Below are positions 49,201 to 64,000 of a stretch of DNA of 64,000 bases, in pieces. The position numbers and the translations under genes are program-made. Source of the stretch: Marsupella aquatica. Lineage: Eukaryota; Plantae; Marchantiophyta. Where the stretch lies: the NCBI GenBank assembly GCA_973895155.1, contig OZ316894.1:12440828-12504827 (forward strand), in the 5' to 3' direction. The notes below the pieces were generated by a model. It had not been told where the DNA came from. It did not search any database and worked only from the letters and a program-made list of their open reading frames with translations. Within the stretch, counting starts at the first letter, position 1. The number at the start of each line of letters is the position of its first letter.

Positions 49201-52200
49201 ATCGCAAACAAAATTCCAATGTGTCATGGGACTACAAATAGAGTAGAAACAATGTATAACTGGTTATCGATCGACTTGAATTATACAATTCGGACCATAT
49301 CTGAGGCCGAGCTAATGGACTCCTGCTGAAACCATCTTATTTGGATGCTCAATATGCGATTTTGTGATTTCTAGCGCAATAAGGGTCCACTAGTGGTGAT
49401 TGCTCTGAGGGTATTGACGAAGTGGTCCACTCATAACCGTTGATTCTTGTGAAACCTATACCCTAATCCAGTCTTCGTATGCATTAAATTGTTCTTGTGA
49501 CCCTACTGGTTTCTTCTGACTATGTACCCTTGCAATGAATCTGCATGACAGAAAGCAAGCGTGGCAAATCAAAGGGAACATATTATTCTATTGCTGGCCA
49601 ATGTACATATAAGACTCATCCCAAAGCCAGAGCAGATGAACAAGGTACTTTTTCTTCCGCGAGCTCCTGTCTGGTTGTAAGGTTCTCCATTGTACGTTTT
49701 GTCCTCAGTGATTTGGTGTAGATAAGTAGCGAGCGCAACACAATATCGGCCATTTAATTTCCTATGTAAATGTCTCCGAAGCAGCCGATGATTGTTCAAA
49801 GTGGTAGAACTTGATTAACTCATGGGCAGAGGAAGTTTGACTGCCACAAGGGGAAGATACAGTGTTTCGCAGTTTCTTTCCAATAATATGGATGAATCAA
49901 TCCATTGCTCCTGGTGGCAAGCATATAGAGTCATGTGGTGAAAGGACAGGAGCAAGCATATAGAGTCATGTGGTGAAAGGACACTTGCCAGATGTATGGC
50001 AAGGAATGGCTAGTTGGGTCTACTAGTATAAGTGGTTAGCTGACGACTTAATTGCACTGCCCTTTATCAGCTGGATGATCGTGCTCTCAATCAAGTGATG
50101 GACAAACTATTCAAGAACTACAAGAGTTGGTGCAAATTTCTGGGCCGTAAAAACAGTTTATGGTAGTACCCCGAGCTCTTTCTATGTCACGAACAGTTTT
50201 TCATGTATTCTTGTCTTTGTCTGCCATGAATGAAGAGACCGTGGGGATTGAGGTAAATGTCAAAAACTATATCATGGGTACCCTTTTTTGCCTGTTCCCA
50301 GGCTCCCAACTTTGCCGCAAGAGATTCAACAACGAAAAATCTTGTACATGGGCCTGTATCTTCTTATATGGGGAGAGGCTGCAAATTTGCGATTCATGCC
50401 CGAGTGCCTTTGCTACATCTATCACAATGTAAGATTCGGAAACCTATGCCCTGAAGTAGCCTAGCCCCCTCTATGCTTTCCGACTGTGGTCAGGATAGTC
50501 AAGAAACCATCGCCATTATCATACAGTTGCGACAGTTTTTAGCTCCTATTTGCTCAGTTAGATGCGTGACTCATGCTACCTGTTGATGCAGATGGCATAT
50601 GAGCTTTTCGGAATCTTGGCTGGAAACGTCAGTTTGGCGACAGGAGAGAATATAAAGCCAGCTTACGGCGGAGACGAGGAGTCCTTCTTAAGAAAAGTCA
50701 TCACGCCAATATATGACATTGTTGAGAAGGTGCATTCTATTGGAGGAAGCCTCTGAAAGTGTCTTCTCTCAAGTACTCTATTGCGGTAATGGTCTTACGG
50801 GTGTGACTTGATTTGCAGGAAGCGAGATGTAATTGCAACGGAACAGCCCCGCACACTGCCTGGCGCAACTATGATGATCTTAATGAGTTTTTCTGGTACA
50901 ATATAGTCCAACCACTAGTGGACTCCTTCACGTCGATCAGAAAAGTCGTAACAGTTGTAGCCACAACAGGAGCCGAAGCAACATTGACAATATTTCCGCA
51001 CCCCTCAGCTTAGTAGAACGCAGATGAGGGAAAAATCATTCGTCGCCCTGGGAGGTCTCATGTGAAACAACTTGGAGTATGGTTGACAGTGGTTATTTGA
51101 AAGACTAAATAAGCTGAAGAGAAGAGAGATGTTTACTAAGGTGATCTGCTTGATACAGGTCTGTGGACTGCTTTCGGCTGGGATGGCCAATGCGATTGGA
51201 CTCTGACTTTTTTGTCCCTCCTGCATCTTATAACCGCAAGATGTTGAAGCCTAAGCTTCCGCCGGACGATGAGAAGGTGAGGAAACGACTTCAACATTAA
51301 GAAATTTTTCTTAAGTCCTATTCTGCAGTTGAAGCTCTCAGGGTCTAGCAGAGTCACATGCCGAATGCCTGCTGTAGAGCTCTTCGCTTATTTTCAAACT
51401 GAGATTAACCCTGGGCTTTAAATTTTGTCTCAGAAAACAGGGGCCACTGCCGCACCAAAATATTTGGGAAAGTCGAACTTCGTAGAAATTCGCTCGTTTG
51501 GACACCTCTTTCGCAGTTATGATCGCATGTGGACTTTCTACATATTGGGGTTGCAGGTAGTTTGATGAAGTTCATTTTGGCTGATTGCGGTTTGTAATCT
51601 GTATGCATAAGTTTTTGCATTGAAAATACCATATTTTATGCTTGCTCTAAAACTGTTCACATTGGATCGGTTGGGAGACCGAACATTCTTTAGCATACCA
51701 TTCTTCGACTAAGCCATCTGAATGATCCTAAAGGTACTCGGTTGGGCTATCAGGTAATGATTGTCATTGCTTGGACTATTGAGCCGAATCGTAATGTGCG
51801 CATTATGTTCGAAGGCGATAACTTTAAGAAGATCCTCAGTATTTTCATTACGGCTGCCATCCTCCGCTGTGTACAAGGTAATGACATTTACGAATTCTCA
51901 AGGACAAAGAGGTGGAATTGCTACTCGGTAGACTTGTTGTCCTAGCTTTTGACGTGCAATTCTAGTCAAATCATGGTTATTTCTTACTCAATTGGTCTTC
52001 TGGGGAGAAAAAAGACCATCCTAACTGCGGAAATCTCTTGTTTTTGTGCAGGTGTTCTAGATATTGGTTTGACCATACATGCTTATCGGAGTATGAAGGT
52101 CATGGGCCTTACACGGCTTTTTTTGAAGTTAATTGTCTCAGCTGCATGGGTTGTTGTGCTCTCTGTGTGTTTTGTGCACACCTACAACCATCCCACAGGG

Positions 52201-55200
52201 TTGATTCGAAGTGTCCAGAAGCTGCTGGGAAGTAGCTGGAAGAACCCATCTCTCTACATAACGGCTGTGGTCATATACCTGGTGCCAAATTTTCTTGGCG
52301 CTATATTGTTTATCTTTCCCATGTTGCGACGATGGATAGAAAGCTCAAACTGGCGGATAGTACGCTTCCTGCTGTGGTGGTCACAGGTTGGATCCTAGAA
52401 ACATATTTTTGCAGCGCGTTTCCTTGCTAGCTCCAAAGCATGAGAATAGTGTATTAATTGAGACCCGGAACTGCAACGTCGTAACTTGGGTTGTCAGCTT
52501 AAAGACATTGTTGTTGCTGCAGCCTCGACTATACGTTGGACGAGGAATGCATGAGAGCCAGTGGACTCTTTTCAAGTAATCATACCAACCAGTGCTTTTA
52601 TCATAACTTCTATGCTTTTGTGTTGCATGTCACCTCAAATTTTTTATGGTGTGTCAGGTTAGGACTAACATATTTTAGTCGGTTTGATGTGTGGTCTGGT
52701 CCCAGTCTTATGCCAGCTCGTGCCGTGCAGGTATTCGTTTTTCTGGATCTTCCTTCTTAGCAGTAAGTTCGTCTTCAGTTATTATACCCAGGTATGTTCC
52801 ATCTGATATTCGCGTTGAGCCGAGTCCTAAGTTTTCCCCTCAGTCCTCCCAATGTACAACAAAGACAGCTGACCAGTTCGCAGACTTATGGCTAAGATTT
52901 CAAAAGTTTCATCTGTCTTTTGGTGACAAGTAACCTTTCATGAAGAGAGAAAGCATATTCGCTTTTTACTATAGCTATCATAAACATTCAGTTGCCCTGG
53001 CTCCTCTGCGGTCGGTATATGTTGTTCATTTGCGTCAAAGTCAAAAGGATATGGTTTAGATTAAGGGGGATCTATGCCATGTAATGCAGATAAAGCCCTT
53101 GGTGCAACCAACTAAGACCATCATGCGAGCCCGCGATATCAATTATACTTGGCATGAACTGTTTCCAAAAGGTATTCCTCTCATCGACGCCGTTGAGAGT
53201 CATCTTCCTCTGCGTATTCCCTGTCTGATTTGCCTGGAGCTCTCGCCAAGTATTGATGTCAATTCGAATTCTCTCTTACCGTGCTAGTTATGCGTTTACA
53301 GATGGACATGCGTAAGGCTATAGAAATGTTGAAATGTTTCTGAACAAGGTTATCCTGATTTGCGCTTTGACAGTGAGACATAACATTGGAGCTGTTATTT
53401 CCATCTGGGCTCCTGTGATCCTGGTATTGCTTCTAACATTTTTCCCATCCAGTACATGATTATGAACAACATTTGTTGACTTTGGTATCTATATGGAGTT
53501 TTGGTTAAGTGATAGTAAAAGCTCCGAATGGGGAGGAAGAAGGAAACTTCCTTATAAATGATACAGTAAACACGTTGTGAGACGATTTTGTTTTCCTGTC
53601 GTCTAGAAACCATGCATCCCAATGATTTGCAGTCTACGACACAATTTGCCATGGGAAAGGAGGGCAGTGAAATCTTATTCTCATTCTGGCTCTGATTCTT
53701 TCAGGTATACTTTATGGACACCCAAATCTGGTACTCAGTGTTTTCAACAATTTTCGGGGGATTCTCAGGAGCTTTTCGACGTTTAGGAGAGGTACGTCTC
53801 AATAGTGTCGTGGCTAAGGAGTTGCACTGAGAGTACTTTTGGTAATTTGGTCTGAATGTACCGTCTGCAAATAGATCATTTGCGGCAGTCTGCTCTCAGG
53901 TCCCAATTGGCTCCTTTGCTTCTAGTAATCTTCTAGTAATGGAATTGACTTTAAGATCAATTCTATTCAATATATGAGGGGGGTGTGGCCTTTGAATCCT
54001 TTCGGTAGCATTCATTCAACATTGTTTGTTCTCAACCTTTGCGGACGAATTTTCATGCAGACCGACTGATCTTACATGAGTTGATCACTGAGTGCTTGGT
54101 TCGTGTTTCAGATTCGCACATTGGGAATGTTAAGGTCTAGATTTCGCTCTTTGCCTGGAGCGTTCAATGCCAATTTAATTCCAACAGAGAAACCTGCGCG
54201 GAGAGGCTTTTCCTTCTCCCGTGGTTTTGAAGAGGTACAAAACTTGAATTGAAGTGATGATGGAGCGCGCTATGTTTGTTATATTGTGGCCAACCATCAA
54301 TATGTCCTAGACTTTCGAGACACTTGAGCTACACTTGAGCTTGATCTGTGATAGGATTGGCTTTAAGTCTGTTGGTCGACAGTGTTGTACTTGTCGAATC
54401 CATTAATGTTAGGTCTTAAAGATTCCGATTTCAATTCCCGCGATCTTGGTCGTTGTACTCATGCACAACTAGGTTCCCATGACTCTGGACAACAGTGACT
54501 TGTCTCAGTTCTTTGCAAGATATTAGTATGTCGTAACCCGTATTTGGTATCGTCTGTAGGTACAGCCGGGAAAAGACAGGAAGGAAGCATCGAAGTTTGC
54601 ACAGCTTTGGAATGAGGTCATCATGAGCTTTCGGGAGGAGGATTTAATCAGCGACAAGTAAGTTCTCTCTTGCTCTGGTTATCACTGCAGTGAGATGGCT
54701 CGCCATGTGACTGATTTATGGTTTTCTGTGACATATGCTACTTATAAGATCTATGGTGGAAGCCTATATATGACAAGACTCTTTGTAATTGTGGAGCTGG
54801 TCGTCGATATCTCATAATACATTTGCAGGTATGTGCAAGCAGAGTAAGATTCTCGAGCTGGTTACTATGTTTCCTAAAAATAATTGTGTATCTGCAGAGA
54901 GAGAGATCTGATGCTTGTGCCATACTCTTCAGTCAACCTTTCAATTGTTCAGTGGCCGCCTTTCCTACTGGCAAGCAAGGTTAGGACCTTTTTTTTCTGT
55001 CCGTTTCTTTGCTAGTTTAATATGCAGAGATTTCATTCCTTTGCATGTCTCATAAGATCCAAGATGATGGAATGCCATCCTGTGGTCGTTCAGATACCAA
55101 TCGCACTCCAAATGGCTGTTGAACATCGGGGAAATGACGCGGACTTGTGGCGTAAAATCAAAGCTGATGATTACAGGCGTTGTGCAGTAGAGGAATGCTT

Positions 55201-58200
55201 CGAGTCTTTTAAACACGTCTTGGGAACCATTCTTGTCGGGGAAGTAGAGAGAAGGTGAGCTTCATGTTGTGATCAGTTGGAGACGACCTTCACGGCGGTC
55301 CAGTCAATATTTACTTTGCTGTTCCTAATAAATTTTACGCATGTCTCTTACCAGACTGATGGTGTTTAAAATCTTCTGCAGGGTTGTCATCGATGGTATC
55401 TTGGCGGAGATAGAAAAGGATATTGCAGAGGGAACCCTCCTCACTAATTTCAAAATGGATGCACTTCCCGTGTTGCACTCGAAGTTCGTTGAGCTCACAG
55501 AGTATCTGGTATGGAGCAGACCACATATGAGAGTGATTATTTGGTAGTAGAGAGAGTTCATGTCTTATGCTAAATACAATATTACATTTCTCGGATGGTG
55601 CAGATTAAGGGAGAGAAGTCCTCACGAAAATACGTTGTCAAGCGGCTTCAGGATATGTTTGAGGTTGTTACTCGAGACATGATGGACGAAACCGCAAGGT
55701 TTGATCTCTGAGACAGGTCAAGCAGCAGAAAGCCCCATGTTTGGATTGTAGTATAAAAAACTGTTATCTAAGCGTGCGCATTGCTTGGTGTAGGGAGTAC
55801 TTAGAGTCAACACACGGGCCACTCTCGATTTCTGGAAAGACTTCAAAGGATGTGAAGGACCATCAATTGTTTGCTGCCACCGAACCAAAGCCAGCTCTTA
55901 TCTTCCCTCCCCCGCCAACGGATGCCTGGATTGAGCAAGTGAGCACGATTTCAACTAGGTTCAGGGGAAAAGTGTAGTTTCTAGCTGTGCATTCTACCTT
56001 CAGATTCGTAAATTGGCTAAGAATTCTTTGAAAGTGCAAGAGCACTGAAACTAGTAGTAGAGCAGCAATTCCTCCTAGTCATGTGTGAATGTTTCTTTTT
56101 CTGTTGTGCACATATTTTCTTTGTAACTGTAATGCATGTCTGTTACAGATTACAAGACTCCATCGATTGCTTACAGTCAAAGAATCTGCGGTCAACGTAC
56201 CTACCAATTTGGAAGCCCGAAGACGCATTGCATTTTTTACAAATTCTCTGTTCATGGATATGCCCAGAGCACCACGAGTTCGCAATATGTATTCATTCAG
56301 GTAGGGTCACAGCCGGTTAGCATTGGATTATGTGGATGTCTTCTAATCTGTATTTTTCACCCCAATTACAGGAGCTGCAAGTTGACTAACGTATTTCTCT
56401 TCAACTGTGTATTGCAGTGTGCTTACTCCCTATTATCATGAGGAGGTTTTGTTCTCACAAACGCAACTTAACGAAGAGAATGAAGATGGTGTGTCGGTGC
56501 TTTTCTACCTTCAGAAGATTTATCCAGGTATCGATTCCTTAGTGAAGTCCAGAAGTATTCATTTAACGTACTCGTTCGTCTCGTCGATACTTCAGTTTTT
56601 CATTTCGTTAGATGGGACTTGATGAATAGACTAGCGCACTCCTGTTACTCGCGAAGCAATCCGAAAGGACGAGATGTAAACCTTGCAGATGAATGGGAAA
56701 ACTTTCTGGAGCGCATGAAGTTGCAAAGTGAGCTCCAAATCTGGAATAATGACGAGTATGTCGATGAACTGCGGCACTGGGCCTCATATCGAGGTCAAAC
56801 TTTGACCAGAACAGGTACATGTCTCCCATCATCACATCGTTCGTAACGCAAACCTTAGGGAACCAGAGTCGACTGTATTGTATTTTTTACTTCTTGCAAG
56901 AACCTCTCGGCGCGTTCAAAGCTAAGGCGGTCGTGCACTTACAGCTAAACCTGATTTTTTGTTGGTTTTTCAGTACGGGGTATGATGTACTACAGGCGAG
57001 CACTGGAATTGCAAGCTTTCCTCGATATGGCATCTGACGACGGTAAGGAGTTTGTGCTCCTCAGTTGAAAAATACAGTAGTTCTCTCTTCACGAGCTTAG
57101 CAAGATCTTCTATGAATAGGATGACTCTTATCGCACTTCAGTGACAGTGTCTGCTTGTACACTGAAGGAAGCCTGTTGGGAGAGCATCAGTCACGCCACC
57201 AGAATGCCACAAGAATAAGAGAATTGAATCTGAAGAAACGTTAATGCCAATTGAAGTAATCCTTTTCTCTTCATCATCTTGCAAATGATGCAGAGCTGGT
57301 GGAGGGATACAAGGTAGTAGCAACTGCTCCCGCAGACACGAAGAAAAGCCAGCGGTCCATGTGGGCACAGCTGCAGGCTATTGCGGACATGAAGTTTACG
57401 TATGTGGCGACCTGCCAGAGTTATGGTGTCCAGAAGCGGGCTGGAGATGTGCGGGCCACAGATATCTTAAATCTCATGATAAAGTACAGTGGACCTGATG
57501 TCATATTTCCTCTGCATGTTATCTCCACATGATATGTGACAGCGTAGGGGAATATAACATTGATAGTGGGCAGAGGTCAAGTTAGGGTGTCAAATAATGT
57601 GCTGCGTGTACATTGTTTGATGATAGTGGTCAGAAGCTATTCTATGGTTGCAATGTATGTTTACTCTGAGATCTATGTAGAGAGTCCATCACAGTCTGCT
57701 TGAGCATTGGAACTTGAGCTGGGAGTACATGTCCTGGGTGTGTATCAAATCTGCAGCATCTGAGTTATAGTATCTGGCACTACGACATATTTAAGTTTTC
57801 ATCAGAATTGCTGTAATACGTTTGAAGCTTAGGCCAGTTTCTCTCGTACTTTATGGATGCTTCGTCATTTCTTTGATTTTGCACAACGAAGTACTTGAAT
57901 GCTCGATCGCGTAAGTGGACCAAATGCATGATGATTGAAGGTGAGCTAGCTTCCGGTTATATCCGACACACTTCATTATATCTGTTGTTGTGCCCTCTTA
58001 TAGCTTCTCTCCAAATCATATGTCTCAATGACGACTTGATCTGCTCTGCAGTAATCCTTCACTACGGGTGGCATATATTGACGAGTGCGAGGATGAGGAG
58101 ATGGACAAGGACCAGAAAGTATACTACTCGGTGCTTGTAAAGGCAGCAAATGGCCTTGACGAAGAAATTTATCGTATCAAGCTTCCAGGTCCAGTTACAT

Positions 58201-61200
58201 TGGGGGAGGGGAAGCCGGAAAACCAAAACCATGCTATGATTTTCACGAGGGGAGAGGGTTTGCAGACCATCGATATGAATCAGGTAGCTAAATTATCGTC
58301 TTCTTTCTTGAAGAATCTTCAGTATATCAGTCAAGACGAGGGGACCGTGCCAATGTTGTTTCCGACGCTCATTCAATTTGGAAGACAACATTTCTGGGTC
58401 CGAGACATGATCCAAGTCCCGTCTCCATCAATCTGCTGATGATTTATGTTTGTGCTACTAGGATAATTATTTGGAGGAAGCATTCAAAATGCGAAATCTC
58501 TTGGAGGAGTTCCATGAGCCTCATGGAGTGCGTCCACCTACAATTTTGGGTGTTCGTGAACATATCTTTACTGGCAGGTAGGCTTTTCTTTTCTAAATTA
58601 GGCAATGTCGGACGGTTGTCTCGTAGTGAGGTCAGGTTAGATAACTGCAATATGTTGCTTGGTCGTACTTCAATTGCAGGTTACTGAGACTTGTCACAAT
58701 GATTGCAGTGTGTCATCCCTTGCTTGGTTTATGTCGAACCAGGAGACGAGTTTTGTTACAATTGGTCAACGAGTTCTTGCAAGTCCGTTAAAGTAAGTTG
58801 CTCCAAATTCAGCCGATATTTTCTCGTATCACTTGCATCTCTTTGTAACGAGCCGGAAAGCCACCACTCTCACTATCTAGCTTTCTGGGTCTTTCCTGGT
58901 GCTAATTAAAGAAGTTGGGAATCGTCTGGTGAAGAGTACGGTTTCACTACGGGCATCCGGACGTCTTTGACCGACTTTTCCATATTACCCGAGGTGGTGT
59001 AAGTAAGGCTTCTCGCATCATTAACTTGAGCGAAGACATCTTTGCGGGTACGTTGTGATATTATACATATGGTTTCCGGGATTTCGGGGAAAGAAGTCCG
59101 TTGTTTGGTCACGTGTAACAAGCATGCAATATTCATCTCGGGGGGAGCTGGCAATAGGAATGTTTAGGGAAGACAGTGTGCGAACTGTAAGAATACTTCA
59201 GTTACGCATTAAATGTGGTTGTCAACATACTATCACAGTTTTATGAGTATTTGACAGATCAATCTCTCTGGGATGCGGTTTTTGTTTGTAAAGAGTTACT
59301 GCTGTCAATAATTTTTCAGAGTAAGCTCACAGTGTTATGTATTCAGGGTTCAACTCTACTTTACGTCGAGGAAATATAACTCACCACGAGTACATTCAAG
59401 TCGGTAAAGGACGCGATGTGGGTCTGAATCAAATATCCCTCTTTGAAGCCAAAGTGGCGTGCGGGAATGGTGAACAGACACTGAGTAGGGATATGTATAG
59501 ACTGGGTCATCGATTTGACTTCTTCCGGATGCTGTCCTGCTACTTCACAACTATTGGGTACTACTTCAGCACAATGGTGAGAAACGATGTGTTTTCATAC
59601 TTCCATCTGCTTTCAATTGAAATGTTTCTTTCCGTGACACTTCGTCTTCAGTTGCAAGATTGGACTCTCTCATTTTAGTTCCTTTCCATAATACCATATC
59701 TGTTTCCAATCTCCAGATTCTCATGGGATTGTTGTTGGTGCAGACTGTGGTGCTTACTGTCTATGTATTTTTGTATGGGCGAATTTACCTTGCTTTGAGC
59801 GGAATAGAGAAATCACTGGTATCTAGTGCGGACATCAATAATGACACAGCACTGCAAGCTGCCCTGGCGTCACAGTCTCTGGTTCAGCTTGGTTTGTTGA
59901 TGGCTTTACCCATGGTGATGGAGATAGGTCTGGAAAGAGGCTTCAGAACTGCTCTAAGTGACTTCATCGTCATGCAGCTCCAGCTGGCTTCGGTTTTCTT
60001 TACATTCTCTTTGGGAACCAAAACACATTATTATGGTCGGACAATTCTTCATGGGGGTGCTAGGTACAGAGCGACGGGACGAGGGTTTGTTGTAAGACAT
60101 GAGAAGTTTGCTGAGAATTACAGGCTCTATTCTCGGAGTCATTTTGTGAAGGGAATAGAGCTTATGGTGTTACTTATCATCTATACCGTCTACGGTACTT
60201 CAGCGAAGGCTGGCATACCATACCTGCTGATAACTTTCTCCATGTGGTTCCTTGTAGCCACATGGCTTTTTGCCCCTTTTCTCTTCAACCCGTCTGGATT
60301 TGAATGGCAGAAGATAGTCGAAGATTGGGATGACTGGACCAAGTGGATTAATAACAGAGGAGGTATTGGAGTACAGGCAGAAAAGAGTTGGGAATCATGG
60401 TGGGCAGAAGAGCAAGAACATCTCCAGTACACTGGACTACGTGGTCGGCTGATTGAAATGCTTCTATCAGTTCGTTTCCTTCTCTATCAGTATGGTTTGG
60501 TCTACATGCTCTCCATTGCCAAAAGAAACAAAGGCTTGGCTGTAAGTGATACTATTTCATTAGGACCCTGACCATAGCTTCTTGCGTTTTCTGATTGCTG
60601 AGAATGGATCATACTGTTTGAACACTTTCACCCAAGCATCTAACACTTGGATTTTCTCGCCGATTTACTCACCAGGTGTATGGACTCTCATGGCTTGTCA
60701 TTATTGCTGTTCTGGCGGTTCTCAAGGTACGGCGTTGCAGCTCTCTCGCAAAATAATTTCACCTACTGACGAAATAAACCCGCCTTGTGTAACAGAGAAT
60801 CGTTCAGTGCAAATAATCTTATTGGTGTACTTCGTTGTCCAATGTCTGCAGATTGTATCTATGGGGAGGAAGAGATTCAGTGCGGACTTTCAACTCCTGT
60901 TCAGACTCTTGAAAGCTTTACTTTTTATGGGCTTTCTTTCGGTCCTGGTGGTGCTGTTTGTATTCGCGCACTTATCTGTGCCAGACATATTCGTCAGTTT
61001 ACTTGCATTTTTGCCAACCGGATGGGCTTTGTTGATGGTGAGTTTTGTCCAGAAGCTGCAAGATTACGTTGTCCTGAATCGTCTTGCCTGAAGGATTGTA
61101 TTTGAACTCCCTTGTGACTATTAGTGACCTTCATGAAAAAAATTCTAACGATTCTAGTGTGGCTTTCTTGTCAATTTTACCTTCATGATCAAGATTCTAA

Positions 61201-61459
61201 TGATTGTGTCGTGGTTTTCTTGTCAATTTTACAGACAGCTCAGGCTGCGCGACCCCTTGTGAGATCCGCTGGCATGTGGGACTCAGTTAAGGCGTTAGCT
61301 CGCGCGTATGACTTCATAATGGGACTAGTTATTTTTACACCTGTGGCAGTACTTGCCTGGTTCCCCTTTGTTTCAGAGTTCCAAACGCGGCTACTCTTCA
61401 ACCAAGCCTTCAGTAGGGGTTTACAAATTTCCCGTATTCTCGCAGGTAGGAAAAAGTAA
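46206..61459 (+). CDS. Callose synthase (1,3-beta-glucan synthase, GT48, CalS/GSL family), intron-rich, about 41 coding exons
   Basis: Motifs: [53 protein letters not shown]1 domain [120 protein letters not shown]. The start codon is uncertain (see findings). Confidence 0.97.
47835..48330. repeat. About 230-nt tandem duplication with sub-repeats in callose synthase intron 3
   Basis: GATTTTTTCCAGCAACGTCGAGTTTGTTCAAAAC...GATGTGAGCTGTTTAGACTGGTGTTTG occurs at ~47876 and ~48103, with a further partial unit at ~48230. Confidence 0.9.
49917..49983. repeat. 35-nt tandem duplication in a callose synthase intron
   Basis: GCAAGCATATAGAGTCATGTGGTGAAAGGACA occurs twice. Confidence 0.9.
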
Positions 61460-61925
61460 CCTGATGCTGGTAGGTGTAGTCTACATACGCCCTAGTTTTT
61501 TATACATCCATAACATTTTTTTGTCCATAAAGAGAGGTGGTAGTGCATATTAGTCAGGAGAGGTGCACAGTGGTGCATTTAAAGAGTAGTTAGCAGGACA
61601 ACGGAGAAGATTCAATTTGAGGTCCAAGAAGAGTCTGCAAAGAAACTGTGTATAAATCTGAACATTTTTTTCTTGGTACTCACAACACACCCATAGCCCT
61701 GAGCACTGTTGCGCTCGCATCTTCAGTGTCTTTTCTCTTTTCCAACTTGAAATCTAGAGTGGCAGATTGTGAATTGACGTAGGCACTGCTTTTGGGTGTC
61801 ATGTTTAGGGGACAGTTTTGTGGGTGCTCCCACACAAGCTTTAACCCCCTCTTTACTTGCTGTGAACTTTACCCCAAGGATTTGTAAGGAACTTTCATCA
61901 TGAAAACTAAATGACCTATTAACTC

Positions 61926-62017
61926 CTATGCCCCATGCCATATCATCCATGCAAAGGAAGTATTGCATGCCATACTATGCCCCATGCCATATCATCCATG
62001 CAAAGGAAGTGTTGCAT
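61926..62017. repeat. 49-nt tandem duplication
   Basis: CTATGCCCCATGCCATATCATCCATGCAAAGGAAGT-TTGCAT occurs twice. Confidence 0.9.
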
Positions 62018-62959
62018 CTTATCATGAGAGGAGTTTAATGGCAAATATTTTACATAATCAAGAAAACCCACATTAACTACGTATGGTCTGATTATGCACT
62101 ATGCCAATTCCTATTGGAAGGCTGCAATTGAGGAAGGTATGGTAGTCTTTGGAAAAACATTCATGCCATCCTTGATTAGCTCCTTCAATTGTTCATGCAC
62201 ATTGTAGCATAGTGTAGATATTTAGGACTTCGCTTAAAAGTGCCACTGTCCATGACAAAACCTGGATCCACCATCATTTTCAGTACCTTTTTTTTTTAAT
62301 TGTGAAGCAAAGTCGGAGAAGAATGTGAAAAAGAAAGAATTCTTGGACACTTGCCACTGGTGTTTACACTATCTACAACTTGTAAATAGATAAGGGGTAA
62401 GACCAGGGATCCCTATACCGACAAATTTGAGCTAAAACAGCAGCCATGGAGGGTCTCTGCGAACCGTACAAAGGAAGGTTTTAACATTTTCAAACATAGG
62501 CTACATAGACACAGGATTAGTACCAACAGCACAAAATCAAGAATACAAGGACCTTTTTCTCGACTTCACTCGAGGATTCTCAAAGCCTCACCCTAACAGT
62601 CAATTGTTCTTAGGCATACTGTTTGCCAGAACTTCTTTCATAAGCTTGGGTGAATTGTTCTTGAAATCTTATCATTTTAGCCTGGTATGTTTTTTGCTCA
62701 ATCACTACTGGCCATTCACACTATGCCCATCAACTCTAGATATTAGGAGCCCTCCACTGCGCACCCACTGCATTGAATTGATGTTGTAGCCGTATCTTAG
62801 CTTCACAATGGGACCTGAAGGACTTATGATTTGCTCCACTAAAACAAGTCATGTGACGGGGTCCCCGTCTCGAAAAGTCACCGTTAGGTGTTATTGGCAA
62901 GATGCATGTAAATAAATAAGCCAATATATACAAGGGTTTTTAATTTCTTAAAAGTTATT

Positions 62960-64000
62960 CATCCCGGTGTGTGTTCATGTTGCTCTGGAGGGCCGGAGCC
63001 ATTTGAACCCGGGAGGAACTAATTTTTTGTAATTGACCCTTTGCTCTCTTGGGTCTTGTCGTTGTGGGAGAATAAAATAGGGATTCTTATCGTGGGGTAC
63101 CACCAAGTAATATTTGGAGACCCCGGCAGTTGTTCCAGGCCCTGGGTAATATTGAAAGGGGGCTGTATGCGGAAGAGTAGGTAAGGGGGTGACTGTGCAA
63201 GCCTTTGTAGAAGTTTTTTTTGTCCCTTGGGAGGCTTTAGAGAGGTTTAAAACCTCTCGTTTTAAAGCAGCCGGGGGAGGGCGAGGAAGCAGCCGAGTGG
63301 GGGCGAGGCCAGGATGAGGCGAGGCCAGGATGAGGCGAGCCTCCGTTAAAAGGGCTGTCGGGGCCATAGGAAGGCTGCCGAGGATGAAAAGAAAAGGCTG
63401 CCGAGGATGAAAAGGCACCCCGGGAGCATGCGAGCCCCCCTGCATAGGGAGGAGAGCCGGGGAGTACAGGCTGCCAGCGCGAGGTGGCACCCCGGGTGCG
63501 AGCCCCCTGCATAGGGAGGAGAGTCGGGGAGTTAAGGAGGCAGCCGCAAGGTGCTGCCGGGGCGCAAGACTGCCCAGGCGCGCGGGGAGAAAATGACAAG
63601 GGAAAAGGGGGGATTAAATCCCCCAAAAACGAGCACGAGCCCTGCGTAGGGAGGTTTGGCCGGGGCGCCGAGCGAAGCTGCCGGGATGAGGAGGGCTTCC
63701 AGGGCAAAGGAGTCACGGCCGCGAACCCTCCATAGGGCCACGTGCCGCCCGCAGAACTTGGGCACAGCCGCGAAGCGCTTCGCGCGGAGGAGGAGCCGGG
63801 AAGCTTCGGGAGGCAGGTGAAGGGGCAAATTAAGCCCCGACTCACGGCGGGGGGCAGGTACGCAAACGGCAAGGGGGGAAGTAGATACTCCCCGATACTC
63901 GGGTGAGTAAGTAGCCGGGAGAGGGCAGCGGACGGCACCTGGCGCCCCGGGCACACACAAAAGAGGGCTTACGCCCTTAAGGAAGCCACACCCTTTTTTC
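62960..64000. mobile_element. GC-rich, internally duplicated sequence, probably a retroelement end cut by the window edge
   Basis: GC content rises abruptly. Short duplications are present (GGCGAGGCCAGGATGA x2, AGGCTGCCGAGGATGAAAA x2, GCGAGCCCCCTGCATAGGGAGGAGAG x2). No recognisable domain. Confidence 0.35.

Overview
Eukaryotic nuclear DNA from a land plant, probably a non-seed plant such as a bryophyte or lycophyte (inferred from gene structures and transposon types). The ORF track is fragmented because the genes are spliced. Four intron-containing genes can be assembled: plastid CCDA (+, 1393-4954), a heterotrimeric G-protein gamma subunit (-, 8199-6813), a Mut-7/EXD3-like DEDDy exonuclease with a Mut7-C domain (+, 15034-19051), and a callose synthase with about 41 exons (+, ~46206-61459). 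The space between them is rich in transposons. It holds several Helitron ends and a Pif1 helicase remnant, plus a Ty1/copia element with both LTRs (31270-42569, TSD CAAAA) whose gag 5' part is replaced by an antisense Ty3/gypsy internal region. There is also an RLE-type LINE fragment and many tandem repeats. No CRISPR array or prokaryotic system is present. The most interesting signals are a callose synthase with no in-frame AUG (candidate CUG start), a -1 frameshift pseudoknot between gypsy protease and RT, the copia/gypsy chimera, and a G-gamma lacking a terminal CaaX. All alignments and exon boundaries were read by eye.
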